A stretch of DNA of 64,000 nt from Alphaproteobacteria bacterium (GCA_045598925.1 JAZRVC010000027.1:847-64846), one strand, 5' to 3'; counted from the stretch's first letter, positions 28,451 through 39,807 are shown. Notes: generated from the letters alone by a model not told the origin. Translations and numbers: made by a program.

Positions 28451-28942
28451 ATGAAAAAAACATTATTAGCAACAACTTGTGCTTTACTGTTGGCCGGATG
28501 TTCATCTGTTCAAACAGGCTCTGACCTTTATGGTAATGGCAACGGCGGATGGGACGAAACAGTCAATATCGCCGATTTAAACGCCACAGAATATACGGCA
28601 CAATTTAACAACGACACACAAGAAGTTGTGTATTTTGAACTCAACAGCGCCACTTTGGACGATATCGCCAGAGATGATTTAAAGGCTCAAATTGATTGGT
28701 TAAACGCCAATCCAAAGGCTTTGGCTGTCATTGAAGGCCGTTGCGATGAACGCGGAACACGGGAGTACAACTTGGCTTTGGGCGACAGACGTGCCAACAT
28801 TGTGCGCAGTTATTTGATTGCCAACGGTATTCAAGAAGACAGAATCCGCACAATTTCTTATGGTAAAGATAAACCGGTTGATGACGGACACGATGAAGAG
28901 GCTTGGGCCAAAAATCGTTCTGCAACAACTGTTGCTTACTAA
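28451..28942 (+). CDS. pal: Peptidoglycan-associated lipoprotein Pal
   Basis: Lipobox LAGC. The OmpA-like C-terminal domain is present (...IEGRCDERGTREYNLALGDRRANIVRSYL...). Confidence 0.85.
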   Translation: MKKTLLATTCALLLAGCSSVQTGSDLYGNGNGGWDETVNIADLNATEYTAQFNNDTQEVVYFELNSATLDDIARDDLKAQIDWLNANPKALAVIEGRCDERGTREYNLALGDRRANIVRSYLIANGIQEDRIRTISYGKDKPVDDGHDEEAWAKNRSATTVAY

Positions 28943-28954
28943 GAAAAACGCTTG

Positions 28955-28995
28955 ACTTTAATCCCCTTTTGGATATGATATCTAAAAGGGGATTT
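28955..28995 (+). terminator. Hairpin (terminator or attenuator) between pal and cpoB
   Basis: aatcccctttt-ggatatgatatct-aaaaggggatt followed by a T-run. Confidence 0.45.
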
Positions 28996-29011
28996 TTTAA
29001 AAGGAGAGAAG

Positions 29012-29779
29012 ATGCATTTAAAAGGATTGTTATTGGGAATCGCTTTGATTTCTGGTTCTGCTTTGGCGGATACGCAAACGGAAATTTTATCAGATAAATT
29101 GGATAGATTAGAGGCTGAAATGGCCCTGATTCAAAAAAAGGTCTATCAAGCACCGGTGGTTGCCGAAGCACCTGTAAGCAAAGTCCCAAATAATATTGAT
29201 GAATTTTATGCCACTTTAGATGCACAAAATCAAACACTGCAAGAATTGACACAAAAAAATGAACAAATGTCCCACGAACTGAGTGAATTAAAGGGACAAC
29301 TCAGCCGTATGAACGAAGATATCAACTTCAGATTCAACGAATTAAAACAAGCGCCCGCAAGCGATTCCGTCCAAAAAGTCCCCCCAGATGTTTTATCAGA
29401 AGAAGAAAATTATAATCGGGCCTATTCTTTATTGAAAAACGGGGAATACGAAAAAGCGGAACAACACTTTTTAGCCTTTATGGAAAAATATCCCGATGGA
29501 AAGTTGGTTTCCAATGCCAATTATTGGTTAGCGGAAAGTTATTATGCGCGTCAAAAACTGCCCGAAGCGGCGGGATTGTTTGCAGACGGATTTACGAAAT
29601 ATAAAGGCAGTGCGAAAGCATTGGATTCTATGTTTAAATTAGGTCTGACAATGAAGCAATTGGATAAAACAAAAGAAGCCTGCACCGCTTTCAAAAAGTT
29701 ATTAAAAGAAGATAAAAAACTCACCAAACAACTAAAAGAACGCACAGAAAAAGAAGTAAAGGAGATGAAATGTCCATAA
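29012..29779 (+). CDS. cpoB: Tol-Pal system protein CpoB/YbgF
   Basis: A signal peptide is followed by a coiled-coil and C-terminal TPR repeats (...YWLAESYYARQKLPEAAGLF...). The product is encoded immediately after pal. Confidence 0.8.
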   Translation: MHLKGLLLGIALISGSALADTQTEILSDKLDRLEAEMALIQKKVYQAPVVAEAPVSKVPNNIDEFYATLDAQNQTLQELTQKNEQMSHELSELKGQLSRMNEDINFRFNELKQAPASDSVQKVPPDVLSEEENYNRAYSLLKNGEYEKAEQHFLAFMEKYPDGKLVSNANYWLAESYYARQKLPEAAGLFADGFTKYKGSAKALDSMFKLGLTMKQLDKTKEACTAFKKLLKEDKKLTKQLKERTEKEVKEMKCP

Positions 29780-31056
29780 CATTAGAAAATAAAATTGATA
29801 CTTGGATGGAAGACTATCTTCCTGTCGGAACAAAAAAGATTGCTGTGGCTGTTTCGGGGGGCGCGGATAGTTTATGTTTGACGCTTCTGCTTAATCAATG
29901 GGCCAAAAAACACCATGTCGCCCTATATGCCTATACGGTCAATCACGGTTTAAGAAAAGAAGCCGCCAAAGAAGCCTTAGCGGTTCATAAACTTTTAACC
30001 CAAAAGGGAATTAAACACAAAACATTGTTATGGGTGGGCGCAAAACCCAAAACCGCGGTGGAAGAAAAAGCCCGTATTGCCCGATACGACCTTTTAACAG
30101 AGGCCTGTCAAAAAGAAAAAATCAATTTCTTATTCTTGGCCCATCATTTAGAAGATCAAGTGGAAACTTTTTGGGCCCGTTTAGCGCATAAAAGCGGTTT
30201 AGACGGTCTGTGCGGTATGAACGAAATCGGCTATATTAAAAATCTGTTATTGATGCGCCCTCTTTTAAGCGAAAAAAAATCAGATTTGATTGCTTATTTA
30301 AAAAAGCATCATTGTCGGTGGTTTGAAGATGAGATGAATCAAGACATCCAATATGAACGCGTCCGTTGGCGTAAAAACCAAACTTTTTTGGATAAAATTG
30401 GACTCACCACTGATTTGATTTCACAACTGACCATGCGTTTAACCCGCGAAAAAGAAGCCATTGATTTTTATGTGGATGCTTTTATTAAAAACAGCGTCCT
30501 GTTAAATCCGGCGGGGTATATTTTTATCAGTCGGATTGCTTGGGAAATGATTCCGATGGCGGTGCGCATTAAAGCCTTAATCAGATTATTACCCAAGGTA
30601 TGTCCCAGCGATAAACCGATCTCGCTGGAATCTGTGGAAGATATCATTCTGAAAAATAAGAAAAGTGCCACGTTGGCCGGATGTCAAATTTTGATACACA
30701 AAAAGGGTATTTTTATTTCAAAAGAATTAAGAGCCCCTGAAAAGAAAAAGGTCTTTAAAGCGGGTGAATCAGGTTTTTGGGATCGTTTTTGGATTGCGAC
30801 CCCCGTAAAGATGACCTGCGATTACGGGGCCCCTTCTCCACGGTTAAAGGATATTCCTTATTTGGTTCAAAAAACTTTTCCGCCAATGGGCTATAAAAAG
30901 ATTCATTTTTCCATTGAAACAGGGGCTTTTTGCGGTATTTATTTTCCGAAAATGCCCGTTTGCACACAAAAAGAACTTGAAAAAAAAGTGCGTTTGTCCT
31001 ATAAAAAAGGAGAAAAGACACTTTATATTCACTTTAATCCAAGGAAAATTAAATGA
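29770..31056 (+). CDS. tilS: tRNA(Ile)-lysidine synthetase
   Basis: PP-loop motif ([14 protein letters not shown]) and a ybgF-tilS-ftsH arrangement typical of alphaproteobacteria. Confidence 0.85.
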   Translation: MSITLENKIDTWMEDYLPVGTKKIAVAVSGGADSLCLTLLLNQWAKKHHVALYAYTVNHGLRKEAAKEALAVHKLLTQKGIKHKTLLWVGAKPKTAVEEKARIARYDLLTEACQKEKINFLFLAHHLEDQVETFWARLAHKSGLDGLCGMNEIGYIKNLLLMRPLLSEKKSDLIAYLKKHHCRWFEDEMNQDIQYERVRWRKNQTFLDKIGLTTDLISQLTMRLTREKEAIDFYVDAFIKNSVLLNPAGYIFISRIAWEMIPMAVRIKALIRLLPKVCPSDKPISLESVEDIILKNKKSATLAGCQILIHKKGIFISKELRAPEKKKVFKAGESGFWDRFWIATPVKMTCDYGAPSPRLKDIPYLVQKTFPPMGYKKIHFSIETGAFCGIYFPKMPVCTQKELEKKVRLSYKKGEKTLYIHFNPRKIK

Positions 31057-32924
31057 GAAAAAAAATACTTTTCGGCAAAAGTTTATTGATTTGGCTCGCC
31101 CTGTTTGTCGGGGTGGCTGTTGTTTCTAATTATACCTATACAGAAGCAAAAAAAGCCCCCGCACAAGAACTCAATTATTCTGATTTTGTGGGACAAGTGG
31201 AACAAGGAAATGTTGTTTCTGTCACCATTCAAGGACAAAATATCACCGGTAAATTAAAGGATGATAAAGAATTTAAAACCTATATTCCTGAAGAAGCGGG
31301 CATTGTTTCTTTATTAAACAAAAACAAAGTCCAACTGACCGCCGAACCTGTACCAGAAAAATCGGCGTCTTGGGGTGAAATGCTACTGTCTTGGTTGCCC
31401 ATGATTTTCTTTTTGGGCTTTTGGCTATTGATGATGCGTCAAATGGCCGCCAGCAATGGGAAGGCCCTCAGTTTTGGTAAATCCAAGGCTCGCCTTTTAA
31501 CAGGGAAAGATTCTGTGACTTTTAAGGATGTGGCGGGCATTGAAGAAGCCAAACAAGAACTGCAAGAAATTGTAGAATTTTTAAAGTCCCCCGCCAAATT
31601 CCAACGGTTGGGGGGTAAGATTCCCAAAGGTGTGTTACTGGTCGGCCCTCCGGGAACAGGGAAAACACTGCTTGCCAAAGCCATTGCGGGCGAAGCAGGT
31701 GTGCCTTTTTATTCTATCTCGGGTTCTGACTTTGTGGAAATGTTTGTCGGTGTGGGGGCCAGCCGTGTGCGTGATATGTTTGAACAGGCCAAAAAGACCA
31801 GCCCTTGCATTGTGTTTATGGATGAAATTGATGCGGTTGGTCGTCATCGCGGGGCGGGACTCGGCGGTGGCAATGACGAACGCGAACAGACCCTTAACCA
31901 ACTGTTGGTGGAAATGGACGGATTTGAAACAAACTGCGGGATTATTTTAATTGCCGCCACCAACAGACCTGATGTCTTAGACCCTGCTCTGTTGCGTCCC
32001 GGTCGTTTTGATCGGCAAGTTGTTGTCAATAATCCCGACATAAAAGGACGTGAAGAAATCTTAAAAGTTCATGTGCGTAAAGTCCCCTTGGCCCCCAATG
32101 TCAAGTTGGATATTTTGGCGCGGGGCACTCCCGGATTTTCGGGGGCTGATTTAGCCAATCTGGTCAATGAGGCGGCTTTGATGGCTGCCCGCCGCAATAA
32201 GACGATGGTCACGATGGCGGACTTTGAAGATGCCAAAGATAAGGTGATGATGGGAACCGAACGGCGCAGTCTGATTATGGATGACAAAGAAAAGCGTATG
32301 ACCGCCTATCATGAAGCGGGACACGCGATTGTGTCTTTGCACTTACCCGAATCAGATCCGCTGCATAAGGTCACAATTATCCCGCGCGGACGGGCTTTGG
32401 GGGTGACCATGCAACTGCCCGAAAAAGATAAGTATTCACAAAGTATGACTTATTTGAAATCTCGCTTGAGTATCTTATTTGCGGGACGCGTTGCCGAAGA
32501 AATGATTTTAGGAAAAGACAAAGTTTCCACGGGTGCCAGCAACGATATTCAAGTGGCCACCACGATTGCGCGTAAGATGGTTTCTGAATGGGGGATGAGT
32601 CCTTTGGGGCCTATTGCCTTTGAAGAACCCGAAAGTGATGTCTTTTTGGGCTATTCTATCGCCAAGCGTAAGAATATGGCGGATCAAACAGCCCTGCAAG
32701 TGGATAAGGCTATTTCTGATTTGATTGAAACAGCCTATAAAAAGACACAAACAATCTTAAAAAGCTACAAAAAAGAATTGGATATTTTGGCTAAAGGGTT
32801 GATTGAATATGAAACTCTGTCAGGCGAAGAAATCCAACAACTTTTAAAAGGAAAGAAAATCCGTGCGGAACGGGTAGAAAAAAAGCAAATTAAAACCCGC
32901 GCTACCCTGCCAAACGTGAAATAA
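31053..32924 (+). CDS. ftsH: ATP-dependent zinc metalloprotease FtsH
   Basis: The product has two TM segments, Walker A (GPPGTGKT), the SRH region and the HEAGH zinc motif. Confidence 0.95.
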   Translation: MRKKILFGKSLLIWLALFVGVAVVSNYTYTEAKKAPAQELNYSDFVGQVEQGNVVSVTIQGQNITGKLKDDKEFKTYIPEEAGIVSLLNKNKVQLTAEPVPEKSASWGEMLLSWLPMIFFLGFWLLMMRQMAASNGKALSFGKSKARLLTGKDSVTFKDVAGIEEAKQELQEIVEFLKSPAKFQRLGGKIPKGVLLVGPPGTGKTLLAKAIAGEAGVPFYSISGSDFVEMFVGVGASRVRDMFEQAKKTSPCIVFMDEIDAVGRHRGAGLGGGNDEREQTLNQLLVEMDGFETNCGIILIAATNRPDVLDPALLRPGRFDRQVVVNNPDIKGREEILKVHVRKVPLAPNVKLDILARGTPGFSGADLANLVNEAALMAARRNKTMVTMADFEDAKDKVMMGTERRSLIMDDKEKRMTAYHEAGHAIVSLHLPESDPLHKVTIIPRGRALGVTMQLPEKDKYSQSMTYLKSRLSILFAGRVAEEMILGKDKVSTGASNDIQVATTIARKMVSEWGMSPLGPIAFEEPESDVFLGYSIAKRKNMADQTALQVDKAISDLIETAYKKTQTILKSYKKELDILAKGLIEYETLSGEEIQQLLKGKKIRAERVEKKQIKTRATLPNVK

Positions 32925-32932
32925 GAAAGTGT

Positions 32933-34387
32933 TTATTCACACATGACATAGGTGCCGTTCATAGCACGAGTACCATAATCTACCCATTCACTATTATATT
33001 GCATTCCAAGGTTCCATGCATAAGTTGTTGTGTGATTACTGGTGGTCGTAATAGTTCCATCTTCACCATAACGTGTCCAAAATGCACCCGTTGTACCAAC
33101 CGCCTTATATAACTTATTATACCCTCTTCCACTAAAAACAGCATTTAAGGGAAGACCTGCCAAAGGACTAATAATTAAACCAGAAGTACCTTTTCCCACA
33201 CACATGGAATTTGCGGCGAACCAATTCATCATAGTTTTATAATAAGGATGTCCTCCTTCCAATGTTGTTCCCCAACCAGAGGTCGGAACTGATTGACATG
33301 TTCCTTCACCACCACACATCCCGGGTTCCTCACAAAAACAAGCAACACATGTCGGTCTGCAATAATAGCCCAACCCACATTGATTTGTTATATAATCATC
33401 ACAAGAACTCGGTTGCGGCTGACAGCCTGAGGCTGTATAAACATCCCCCGATGTGTTGCATTTACAAATGACTGTATCAGGTGCCACTCCAACACTTCCC
33501 GCATAACCGCCGGCCCCATCAATACTTGTTCCTTCTGGACATAGAATGACACAAGTATCCTCTTCCCTTTTAAATCCGCTATCACACACAATTTCCCCTG
33601 TTGTACAGGTGGCGTGTTCAGGACAGATGGCGCAAGCACCAGAAGTATTACAGTAAGCATTTTCCCCTTCACAGGTAATGGGTGTTGTCGTAATACACCC
33701 TGTATCGGGGTCTATCGCGTTTTCGGTAATGGCACAACTTTCTGAAGGTTCGACACACGCTTGACAGACACCTTCGGATTCGTAATAATTATCTATACAC
33801 CCATCGCAATTGCCGTTTGTACCGTCCAAACGCTTGAGAGAGGCACAACTGACACAACCGTCTTGTGTTTCATTTAAGGTGGTACCGTCTTCACAAACAC
33901 AACTTAAATTTTCCCAAGTACTGCCGATATTTTTAAACCCTTCCTGACAAGCAAAACTTTCATTAGAGCAATCCGCATGATTTGGACACGCATAGCATTT
34001 ATCTGTGCCACCCGGGGCAAAAGTACCTGCATCACACGCCACACATTCGGCCTTGCCCGCCACAGAGTGAGTGCCTGGGCCACACAAGGTACATTCGTTT
34101 TGGCCATCACTATAATAGCCCGTGGGACAAGGCTCACAGTTGCCGTCTTTGGCCACATATCCCAAATCACACAAGCACACACCGAACTTTTTATAGACGT
34201 TATCGCCCACACAGGCACCCTCTTTTAATCTTAACTTCGGGCAATTCCCAACCCCGCATAATTCAACCGCAATAGACTTCACCCCGTTGGGATTTGTGGC
34301 TTTTATTTTACCCCCAAACAGAGCGCCGCCCGCCAACACAGCGGTAGAAACTAAAACAGTAGTGGCTAATAAAATAATACGTTGCAT
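32933..34387 (-). CDS. Secreted cysteine-rich protein with a C-type-lectin-like C-terminus (paralogue of 23816..26038)
   Basis: The N-terminal ~170 aa are nearly identical to the 23816 gene product, and the nucleotide sequence is also near-identical (compare 33904..34330 with 25555..25980). The C-terminus reads ...MMNWFAANSMCVGKGTSGLIIS...YVMCE. The gene starts 18 nt downstream of mlaC with RBS AAGGA. Confidence 0.7.
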   Translation of the reverse strand: MQRIILLATTVLVSTAVLAGGALFGGKIKATNPNGVKSIAVELCGVGNCPKLRLKEGACVGDNVYKKFGVCLCDLGYVAKDGNCEPCPTGYYSDGQNECTLCGPGTHSVAGKAECVACDAGTFAPGGTDKCYACPNHADCSNESFACQEGFKNIGSTWENLSCVCEDGTTLNETQDGCVSCASLKRLDGTNGNCDGCIDNYYESEGVCQACVEPSESCAITENAIDPDTGCITTTPITCEGENAYCNTSGACAICPEHATCTTGEIVCDSGFKREEDTCVILCPEGTSIDGAGGYAGSVGVAPDTVICKCNTSGDVYTASGCQPQPSSCDDYITNQCGLGYYCRPTCVACFCEEPGMCGGEGTCQSVPTSGWGTTLEGGHPYYKTMMNWFAANSMCVGKGTSGLIISPLAGLPLNAVFSGRGYNKLYKAVGTTGAFWTRYGEDGTITTTSNHTTTYAWNLGMQYNSEWVDYGTRAMNGTYVMCE

Positions 34388-34405
34388 TAGGAATCCTTTG
34401 TTTAG

Positions 34406-35005
34406 TTATTTTTTACTGCTATATTTAAAGTTTTTCACTTTCTTATTCAACTCATCCGTTAAATCAGATAAGCGACCTTGATGTTGTTGTAAGAAACTGG
34501 TGTATTCGCTGCGATAACTGACCGCCATACTCACCCCTTCTACTGTAATATCTATAATTAAAAAGGTGTTATCCTTGGAACGAATCCGCCACAGTAAAGC
34601 CACAGGTGTTTTATCCTGAATTTCACTGTCCACATAGAACTGATTCTTTTGTTGCGCAGGACGGGATGAAATAAACTTCACCGTTTGACCATCATAAAGA
34701 CCGAATCGGTCTGTCCAGGTCTTAGTTAAAAGTTCCGTAAAGGCAGATAAGAACTCTTTCTTTTCCTGATCCGTTGCCTTTTTCCAATAGGTGCCCAAGA
34801 CAAACTGACCGATACTTTTTAAATCTAAATTTGATGTAAAACGCTGACGCATAAAAGATTCCCGCGCCTGCAATGTGGGACTGCCCTTGATACCGTTTTC
34901 AATAATGTCTGTCGTTAAAGACTGCAAAAAATCAATTTGAGCATCAGACGCCAATGTGGGAATGGCCCAAAACATCATCATTAAAGTTAAAAATAGTTTT
35001 TTCAT
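34406..35005 (-). CDS. mlaC: Phospholipid-binding protein MlaC (Ttg2D family)
   Basis: 199 aa with a signal peptide. The product has Tol_Tol_Ttg2-like content (...QFVLGTYWKKATDQEKKEFLSAFTELLTKTW...). Confidence 0.75.
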   Translation of the reverse strand: MKKLFLTLMMMFWAIPTLASDAQIDFLQSLTTDIIENGIKGSPTLQARESFMRQRFTSNLDLKSIGQFVLGTYWKKATDQEKKEFLSAFTELLTKTWTDRFGLYDGQTVKFISSRPAQQKNQFYVDSEIQDKTPVALLWRIRSKDNTFLIIDITVEGVSMAVSYRSEYTSFLQQHQGRLSDLTDELNKKVKNFKYSSKK

Positions 35006-35019
35006 TTTTTATTTTCCTT

Positions 35020-35784
35020 TCATTCTTCTATTTCAAAATCAAAATCTTCGGTGGTGATAGCGGGGTCGTCAAATTTACCGACATTGATTTTCTTTCGGCG
35101 GTTTTGTTGATACATCGTGCGCAAAGTCGCATAGTAATCTGTGGACGAATTTTGAACATTATCCAACAATTCCAATCCTTTTTCACGCTTACTTAAACCA
35201 TTGACGACCACAGCCCCCGCAATGACACCGTATTCACCCCTTAAACGCCATTGGGCAATATCCGTCAAGGCATCCACCCCTAAACCGATAGCATCTCGGG
35301 GATTTGAAGGCCCCAATACGGGCAACATTAAATAAGGGCCTCCCTCTGTCCAACCCCACTTCGCCATTGTCTGACCAAAATCATTATCCGGGGCAGGAAT
35401 ATCCATATCTGTGGCCACATCAAACAGACCAAAAAAACCAAACGTTAAATTGATTGAAGTACGCACCAGCACCCATCCTGCGCTTTTAAATTCCCCTTGT
35501 AAAAGAGAATTCATCAGATAGGCCGGTTGCTTTAAAGTGGAAAAAACATTACTAATCATCTCACGGAAAAAGGAAGGAACCCCCAAACGATAGCCCTTGG
35601 CCACGGGCTTAAATACCGTCCTATCCATCACTTCATTAAAGGAAAACACAGCCCGATTCATAGGCTCAAACGGGTCGTTATTAAAATCAGGTTCATCCGA
35701 AGAAACACACCGACATCCCGTCAATAAAGCCAAGGATAAAAAAGCAACGAATAAAAAATTTACTTTCTTTTTTATTTTTCGCAT
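35020..35784 (-). CDS. mlaA: Outer-membrane lipoprotein MlaA/VacJ
   Basis: Lipobox LTGC. The product reads ...DPFEPMNRAVFSFNEVMDRTVFKPVAKGY.... Confidence 0.8.
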   Translation of the reverse strand: MRKIKKKVNFLFVAFLSLALLTGCRCVSSDEPDFNNDPFEPMNRAVFSFNEVMDRTVFKPVAKGYRLGVPSFFREMISNVFSTLKQPAYLMNSLLQGEFKSAGWVLVRTSINLTFGFFGLFDVATDMDIPAPDNDFGQTMAKWGWTEGGPYLMLPVLGPSNPRDAIGLGVDALTDIAQWRLRGEYGVIAGAVVVNGLSKREKGLELLDNVQNSSTDYYATLRTMYQQNRRKKINVGKFDDPAITTEDFDFEIEE

Positions 35785-35873
35785 TTTTTTCTTGATTTTC
35801 CTTTAAAATTATTTAAGACTATTACCATATAGGGTTAGACTAACAAATTACAAATTAAAGGTCAAGGGAAAAG

Positions 35874-36935
35874 ATGGTAAATTTTTTCAAAAAAATTTTA
35901 ATATCAGGGATGTTTTTCTATCCCCAATTGACTTTGGCCCAAGATGTAGATATTCCCGAATTTATGGACGAAGATGAACCCGAAATATATGAGGAAGAAG
36001 CGGCACCGCAACAAAGCGTTCCGACACAAACAACCTCGGCCACTACTTTCACCGTCGGGCAAGCCACAATCACACAAAAACCCCAAGAAAAAAATCCGAA
36101 TTTAGGCCGCAACGAAACACCGTTGGAACGGTTGGTCTATTCGCATTCTCCACTGCCAGAACTGAGTATTGATTTAACAAAAAAAGAACCCGAATCCGTC
36201 CCGCAAGTCAAACAATGGGATCCTATTTCTTTGACACCGACTTTGGAACAAGAAATGCCCGCTTTGACAGACATGGTGGACGAAACCGTATTGATTAAAG
36301 GGACGACAAATTCTTTGGATGCACGGGATTATGAGTTGGAAGGTTTTGCCTTGGGTATGACACCTTTGGATGTCGGAAAAATTGCCCTGAAAAATGGGTA
36401 TAAAATTACAAAATCGCAAAAAGAATTCCCCTTGTTTCTTACCACACGTTATGAACAAGAATGTCGTTTAGAGGGGCTGTATTTACCGGCAGATATTCGT
36501 GCCTGTATTCGTCAAAAAGGAAAAGAAAACGATACGATTTTCTTAAAAACAATGACCATTACGAAACCCGGGAATAAAGAATCCTATGTGTTTGAATTTA
36601 CTTCGCCTGCCACAGAAAATCGGGCGTGGCGCATTACCTATTCTAACAAAGGGGATAACTCTTTAAATTTCACGCAAATCAATACCTCAAAAAAACTCAG
36701 TCGCCGTGATCAATTTTTCCAAGCCGTTTTTAATAAATTCGGATACCCCAGCGACAGCACCAACTTTATCTGGGGGGCAAAAGATGACGCTTTTATGCAA
36801 GTTTCTATGTATGGCAGTAATTATGATGCGAAAATTACTTTGACAGACACCCTGCTGTCTGATGAAGATTATTTTGCCGCCAAAGAATGGATAGACGAGC
36901 AACCCTCTTTAGAAAAATTTGATTTTGGAGAATAA
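35874..36935 (+). CDS. Hypothetical secreted protein
   Basis: 353 aa with a signal peptide (MFFYPQLTLAQ). No family assigned. Confidence 0.5.
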   Translation: MVNFFKKILISGMFFYPQLTLAQDVDIPEFMDEDEPEIYEEEAAPQQSVPTQTTSATTFTVGQATITQKPQEKNPNLGRNETPLERLVYSHSPLPELSIDLTKKEPESVPQVKQWDPISLTPTLEQEMPALTDMVDETVLIKGTTNSLDARDYELEGFALGMTPLDVGKIALKNGYKITKSQKEFPLFLTTRYEQECRLEGLYLPADIRACIRQKGKENDTIFLKTMTITKPGNKESYVFEFTSPATENRAWRITYSNKGDNSLNFTQINTSKKLSRRDQFFQAVFNKFGYPSDSTNFIWGAKDDAFMQVSMYGSNYDAKITLTDTLLSDEDYFAAKEWIDEQPSLEKFDFGE

Positions 36936-38834
36936 ATGGAACAGGATTTAAATTCTTTTTTAATCAACTATACGTCTTTAGCCAAAGAAGGCAAACTAAC
37001 CAACCTGATCGGGCGGGAAAAAGAATTAGAGCGTCTGATTCATATCCTGCTCAGAAACACAAAAAACAATCCTGTGATTGTCGGGCCCAGCGGTATTGGA
37101 AAAACGGCCTTGATGGAAGGGTTGATTGCCTTTATGTGCAGCGAAAGCGCCCCCGAATATATGCAAACCCGTGAAGTGGTGGGATTGGATGTGGCCAAAA
37201 TTATGTTGGCCAGTAAAAGTGATGCCGAATATGAAGAACTGACCAAAAATGTGTTGCAATTAGTGGTAGATTCCAATCATCAAAAACTGCTCTATTTAAA
37301 AGATATCAGTTTTTTGGTACCGATGGAAACAAACCCCGAAAATCGTGAGCCGGCTAAATTTTTAAAACTCTGTCTGTTGGCAGGACAAGTCAATTGTCTT
37401 ATTGAAACAGATACCTTAAATTTCGTGGGACATTTGGAAAAAGACACAGCCGTTATGGGATGTTTACAATCTTTATTATTGGAAGAACCCACATTAGAAG
37501 AAAGCATTCAAATTTGCACCGCCCGAAAGGGGGCCTTGGAAGAACACTATGCCATTCAAATTCCGGATGAAACCGTGAAGGTTGCTTGTCAATTGACGGG
37601 ACGCTATATCAAACAGCGGGCGTTTCCAGAAAAAGCCTTAGACTTATTGGATGATTCGGCGAGCCTTCTGATGATGGACATTGCCCGTGGGGATGTCGCC
37701 GGTGAATCCAACACCCTAACCCAAGATTTTTGTTTCAGAACGATTGCCGATTGGACAGGGATTCCCGTGGAAAAAGTAGATGCGGAAGACAGGGAACGTT
37801 TGGCCAAAGCAGAAGACCTTTTACGCCAACGGGTCGTGGGGCAAGATAATGCCGTGAAAGTGGTAGCGGATGCTTTACGTCGTTCTCGGTCGGGATTACA
37901 AGACCCGAATCGTCCGATTGGATCCTTTTTGTTTGTTGGTACAACCGGTGTCGGTAAGACGGAATTGGCCAAATCTTTGGCGGACTTTATGTTTAATGAT
38001 GAAACCGCCCTACTTCGTATTGATATGTCCGAATATATGGAAAGGTCTTCGGTGACACGTTTGATTGGCCCCCCTCCTGGTTCACCGGGATTTGAACACG
38101 GCGGTCTGTTGACCGAAGCGGTTCGTTTAAAGCCTTTCCAAGTGGTGTTATTTGACGAAATTGAAAAAGCGCATTTGGATATTCTAAACTTGATGTTGCA
38201 ACTGTTGGATGAAGGACGACTCACCGACAGTAAAGGCGTGACAGTGGATTTCAGAAATACGATTATTATTTTGACCTCTAACGTGGGGGCGACATTGCCC
38301 AGTTATCAGCGGGTGGCAAAACTGACCGAATACTTCAGACCCGAATTTTTAAACCGTTTGGACGATATTGTATCCTTCCACCAACTCAAACCCGAACACT
38401 TGCGTCAAATTGTGGAAATTCATTTGAATAAGTTATTAAAACGCGCCAAGGCTTTAAACTATCTGGTCACCGTGGATGAAAAAGCAAAAGATTGGTTTGT
38501 GGATGAAGTCTTTACCTCTAAATTCGGGGTGCGTGCCTTAAAGCGTTTAATCCAAGAACAGGTGGAAACACCGCTCTCTTTATTGATTATGCAGGATAGA
38601 ATCCACCCGGGTCAACCTGTGTTTTTAAATGTGGATGAATCGGGCAGAAAATTACGCATCTATGCCAAACCGGCCACAGCAAATGCGCCCGCTATGGAAA
38701 TTAAAACACCCGAAAAGACCGCCGAACCGGATGAGGAAGACCCTATTGAAGAGGCAGAATCTCCCTCCGACCCCGAAGAAATTATAGAAGATAATTCAAA
38801 TGAGCAAAACGAACCTGACCACCCAACTGCTTGA
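36936..38834 (+). CDS. Divergent ClpA/ClpB-family AAA+ ATPase with degenerate NBD1, no N-domain and no long M-domain
   Basis: NBD1 keeps Walker A (GPSGIGKTA), but its Walker B is degenerate (LYLKDI instead of ILFIDE). NBD2 is intact (VVGQDNAV..., GTTGVGKTELAK, VVLFDEIEKAH, SNVGA). The C-terminal tail is acidic. Confidence 0.7.
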   Translation: MEQDLNSFLINYTSLAKEGKLTNLIGREKELERLIHILLRNTKNNPVIVGPSGIGKTALMEGLIAFMCSESAPEYMQTREVVGLDVAKIMLASKSDAEYEELTKNVLQLVVDSNHQKLLYLKDISFLVPMETNPENREPAKFLKLCLLAGQVNCLIETDTLNFVGHLEKDTAVMGCLQSLLLEEPTLEESIQICTARKGALEEHYAIQIPDETVKVACQLTGRYIKQRAFPEKALDLLDDSASLLMMDIARGDVAGESNTLTQDFCFRTIADWTGIPVEKVDAEDRERLAKAEDLLRQRVVGQDNAVKVVADALRRSRSGLQDPNRPIGSFLFVGTTGVGKTELAKSLADFMFNDETALLRIDMSEYMERSSVTRLIGPPPGSPGFEHGGLLTEAVRLKPFQVVLFDEIEKAHLDILNLMLQLLDEGRLTDSKGVTVDFRNTIIILTSNVGATLPSYQRVAKLTEYFRPEFLNRLDDIVSFHQLKPEHLRQIVEIHLNKLLKRAKALNYLVTVDEKAKDWFVDEVFTSKFGVRALKRLIQEQVETPLSLLIMQDRIHPGQPVFLNVDESGRKLRIYAKPATANAPAMEIKTPEKTAEPDEEDPIEEAESPSDPEEIIEDNSNEQNEPDHPTA

Positions 38835-39795
38835 TTGGTATAAAATCAATGGAAGGGAACTGCCTTGGCGTCAAAAAGGCGGTGCCCATGAAAATGCCTA
38901 TGCCGTGTGGATCAGTGAAATTATGTTGCAACAAACGACAGTGGCCACTGTCATTGATTACTTTTTAAAGTGGATGAAAAAATTCCCCACGATTGAATCT
39001 TTGGCCAAAGCCGATGAACAGGAAGTATTATTGGCTTGGCAAGGAATGGGATATTACACGCGCGCCCGTAAAATTCACGAATGCGCCAAAGTTTTAATGA
39101 AAGAATATAATGGTCAAATTCCTGATGAGCGAGAAAAATTGTTGCACTTACCCGGAATCGGGCCTTATTCGGCCAGCAGTATTTGTTGTTTTGCCTTTAA
39201 TCAGCCCGAAACGGTTGTGGATGGAAACGTGATTCGGGTAATTGCCAGATTAAAAGGAATGACCGAACAAGTGGATGCGAAAACCATTTATCCGATTGCC
39301 CAAAAACTGACCAGTCCTACACACGGGGCCGATTATGCCAGCGCAATTATGGATTTAGGGGCCACCGTTTGTACCCCGACGAATCCGAAGTGTATTCTCT
39401 GCCCTTGGCGGGAAAGTTGTATTGCCCGCAAAAAAGGAATTCAAGAACAAATCCCCGTCATTAAAAAACTCGCAAAAAAAGAAGTAGTGGGGCAAGTCTT
39501 TCTGATACAAAATCAAAAAGGCGAATATTTGATTCGCAAAAGAGTAGAAAAAGGACTTTTACACGGTCTGTGGGAATTTCCCTGGGTAAAAGAAGCGGGG
39601 ACAAAAACGGGTCCGACTGTTTCCCACACCTTTACACATTTTAAATTGATTTTAGAAGTCGTTAAATCAAACAAAAACAATAATTTATTTAAACAAGTTA
39701 AAGAAAATTTTCCCAATGTTATTTGGGTCAAAAAAGAAGATTTTTACACCTACCCCTTTTCCACTTTAATGCAAAAAGTCATTAAGAAAATATAA
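38800..39795 (+). CDS. mutY: A/G-specific adenine DNA glycosylase MutY
   Basis: ...LLDWYKINGRELPWRQ..., HhH-GPD motif (LLHLPGIGPYSASSI), 4Fe-4S Cys cluster (CTPTNPKCILCPWRESC) and a C-terminal NUDIX-like domain. The exact start is uncertain. Confidence 0.85.
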   Translation: MSKTNLTTQLLDWYKINGRELPWRQKGGAHENAYAVWISEIMLQQTTVATVIDYFLKWMKKFPTIESLAKADEQEVLLAWQGMGYYTRARKIHECAKVLMKEYNGQIPDEREKLLHLPGIGPYSASSICCFAFNQPETVVDGNVIRVIARLKGMTEQVDAKTIYPIAQKLTSPTHGADYASAIMDLGATVCTPTNPKCILCPWRESCIARKKGIQEQIPVIKKLAKKEVVGQVFLIQNQKGEYLIRKRVEKGLLHGLWEFPWVKEAGTKTGPTVSHTFTHFKLILEVVKSNKNNNLFKQVKENFPNVIWVKKEDFYTYPFSTLMQKVIKKI

Positions 39796-39807
39796 TAAAT
39801 AAGAAAT

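Noticed and set aside
31439-32750. Multiple 60-106-aa antisense or alternate-frame ORFs inside ftsH
   Set aside because: They are embedded in a strongly supported 623-aa FtsH CDS and have no signals of their own.
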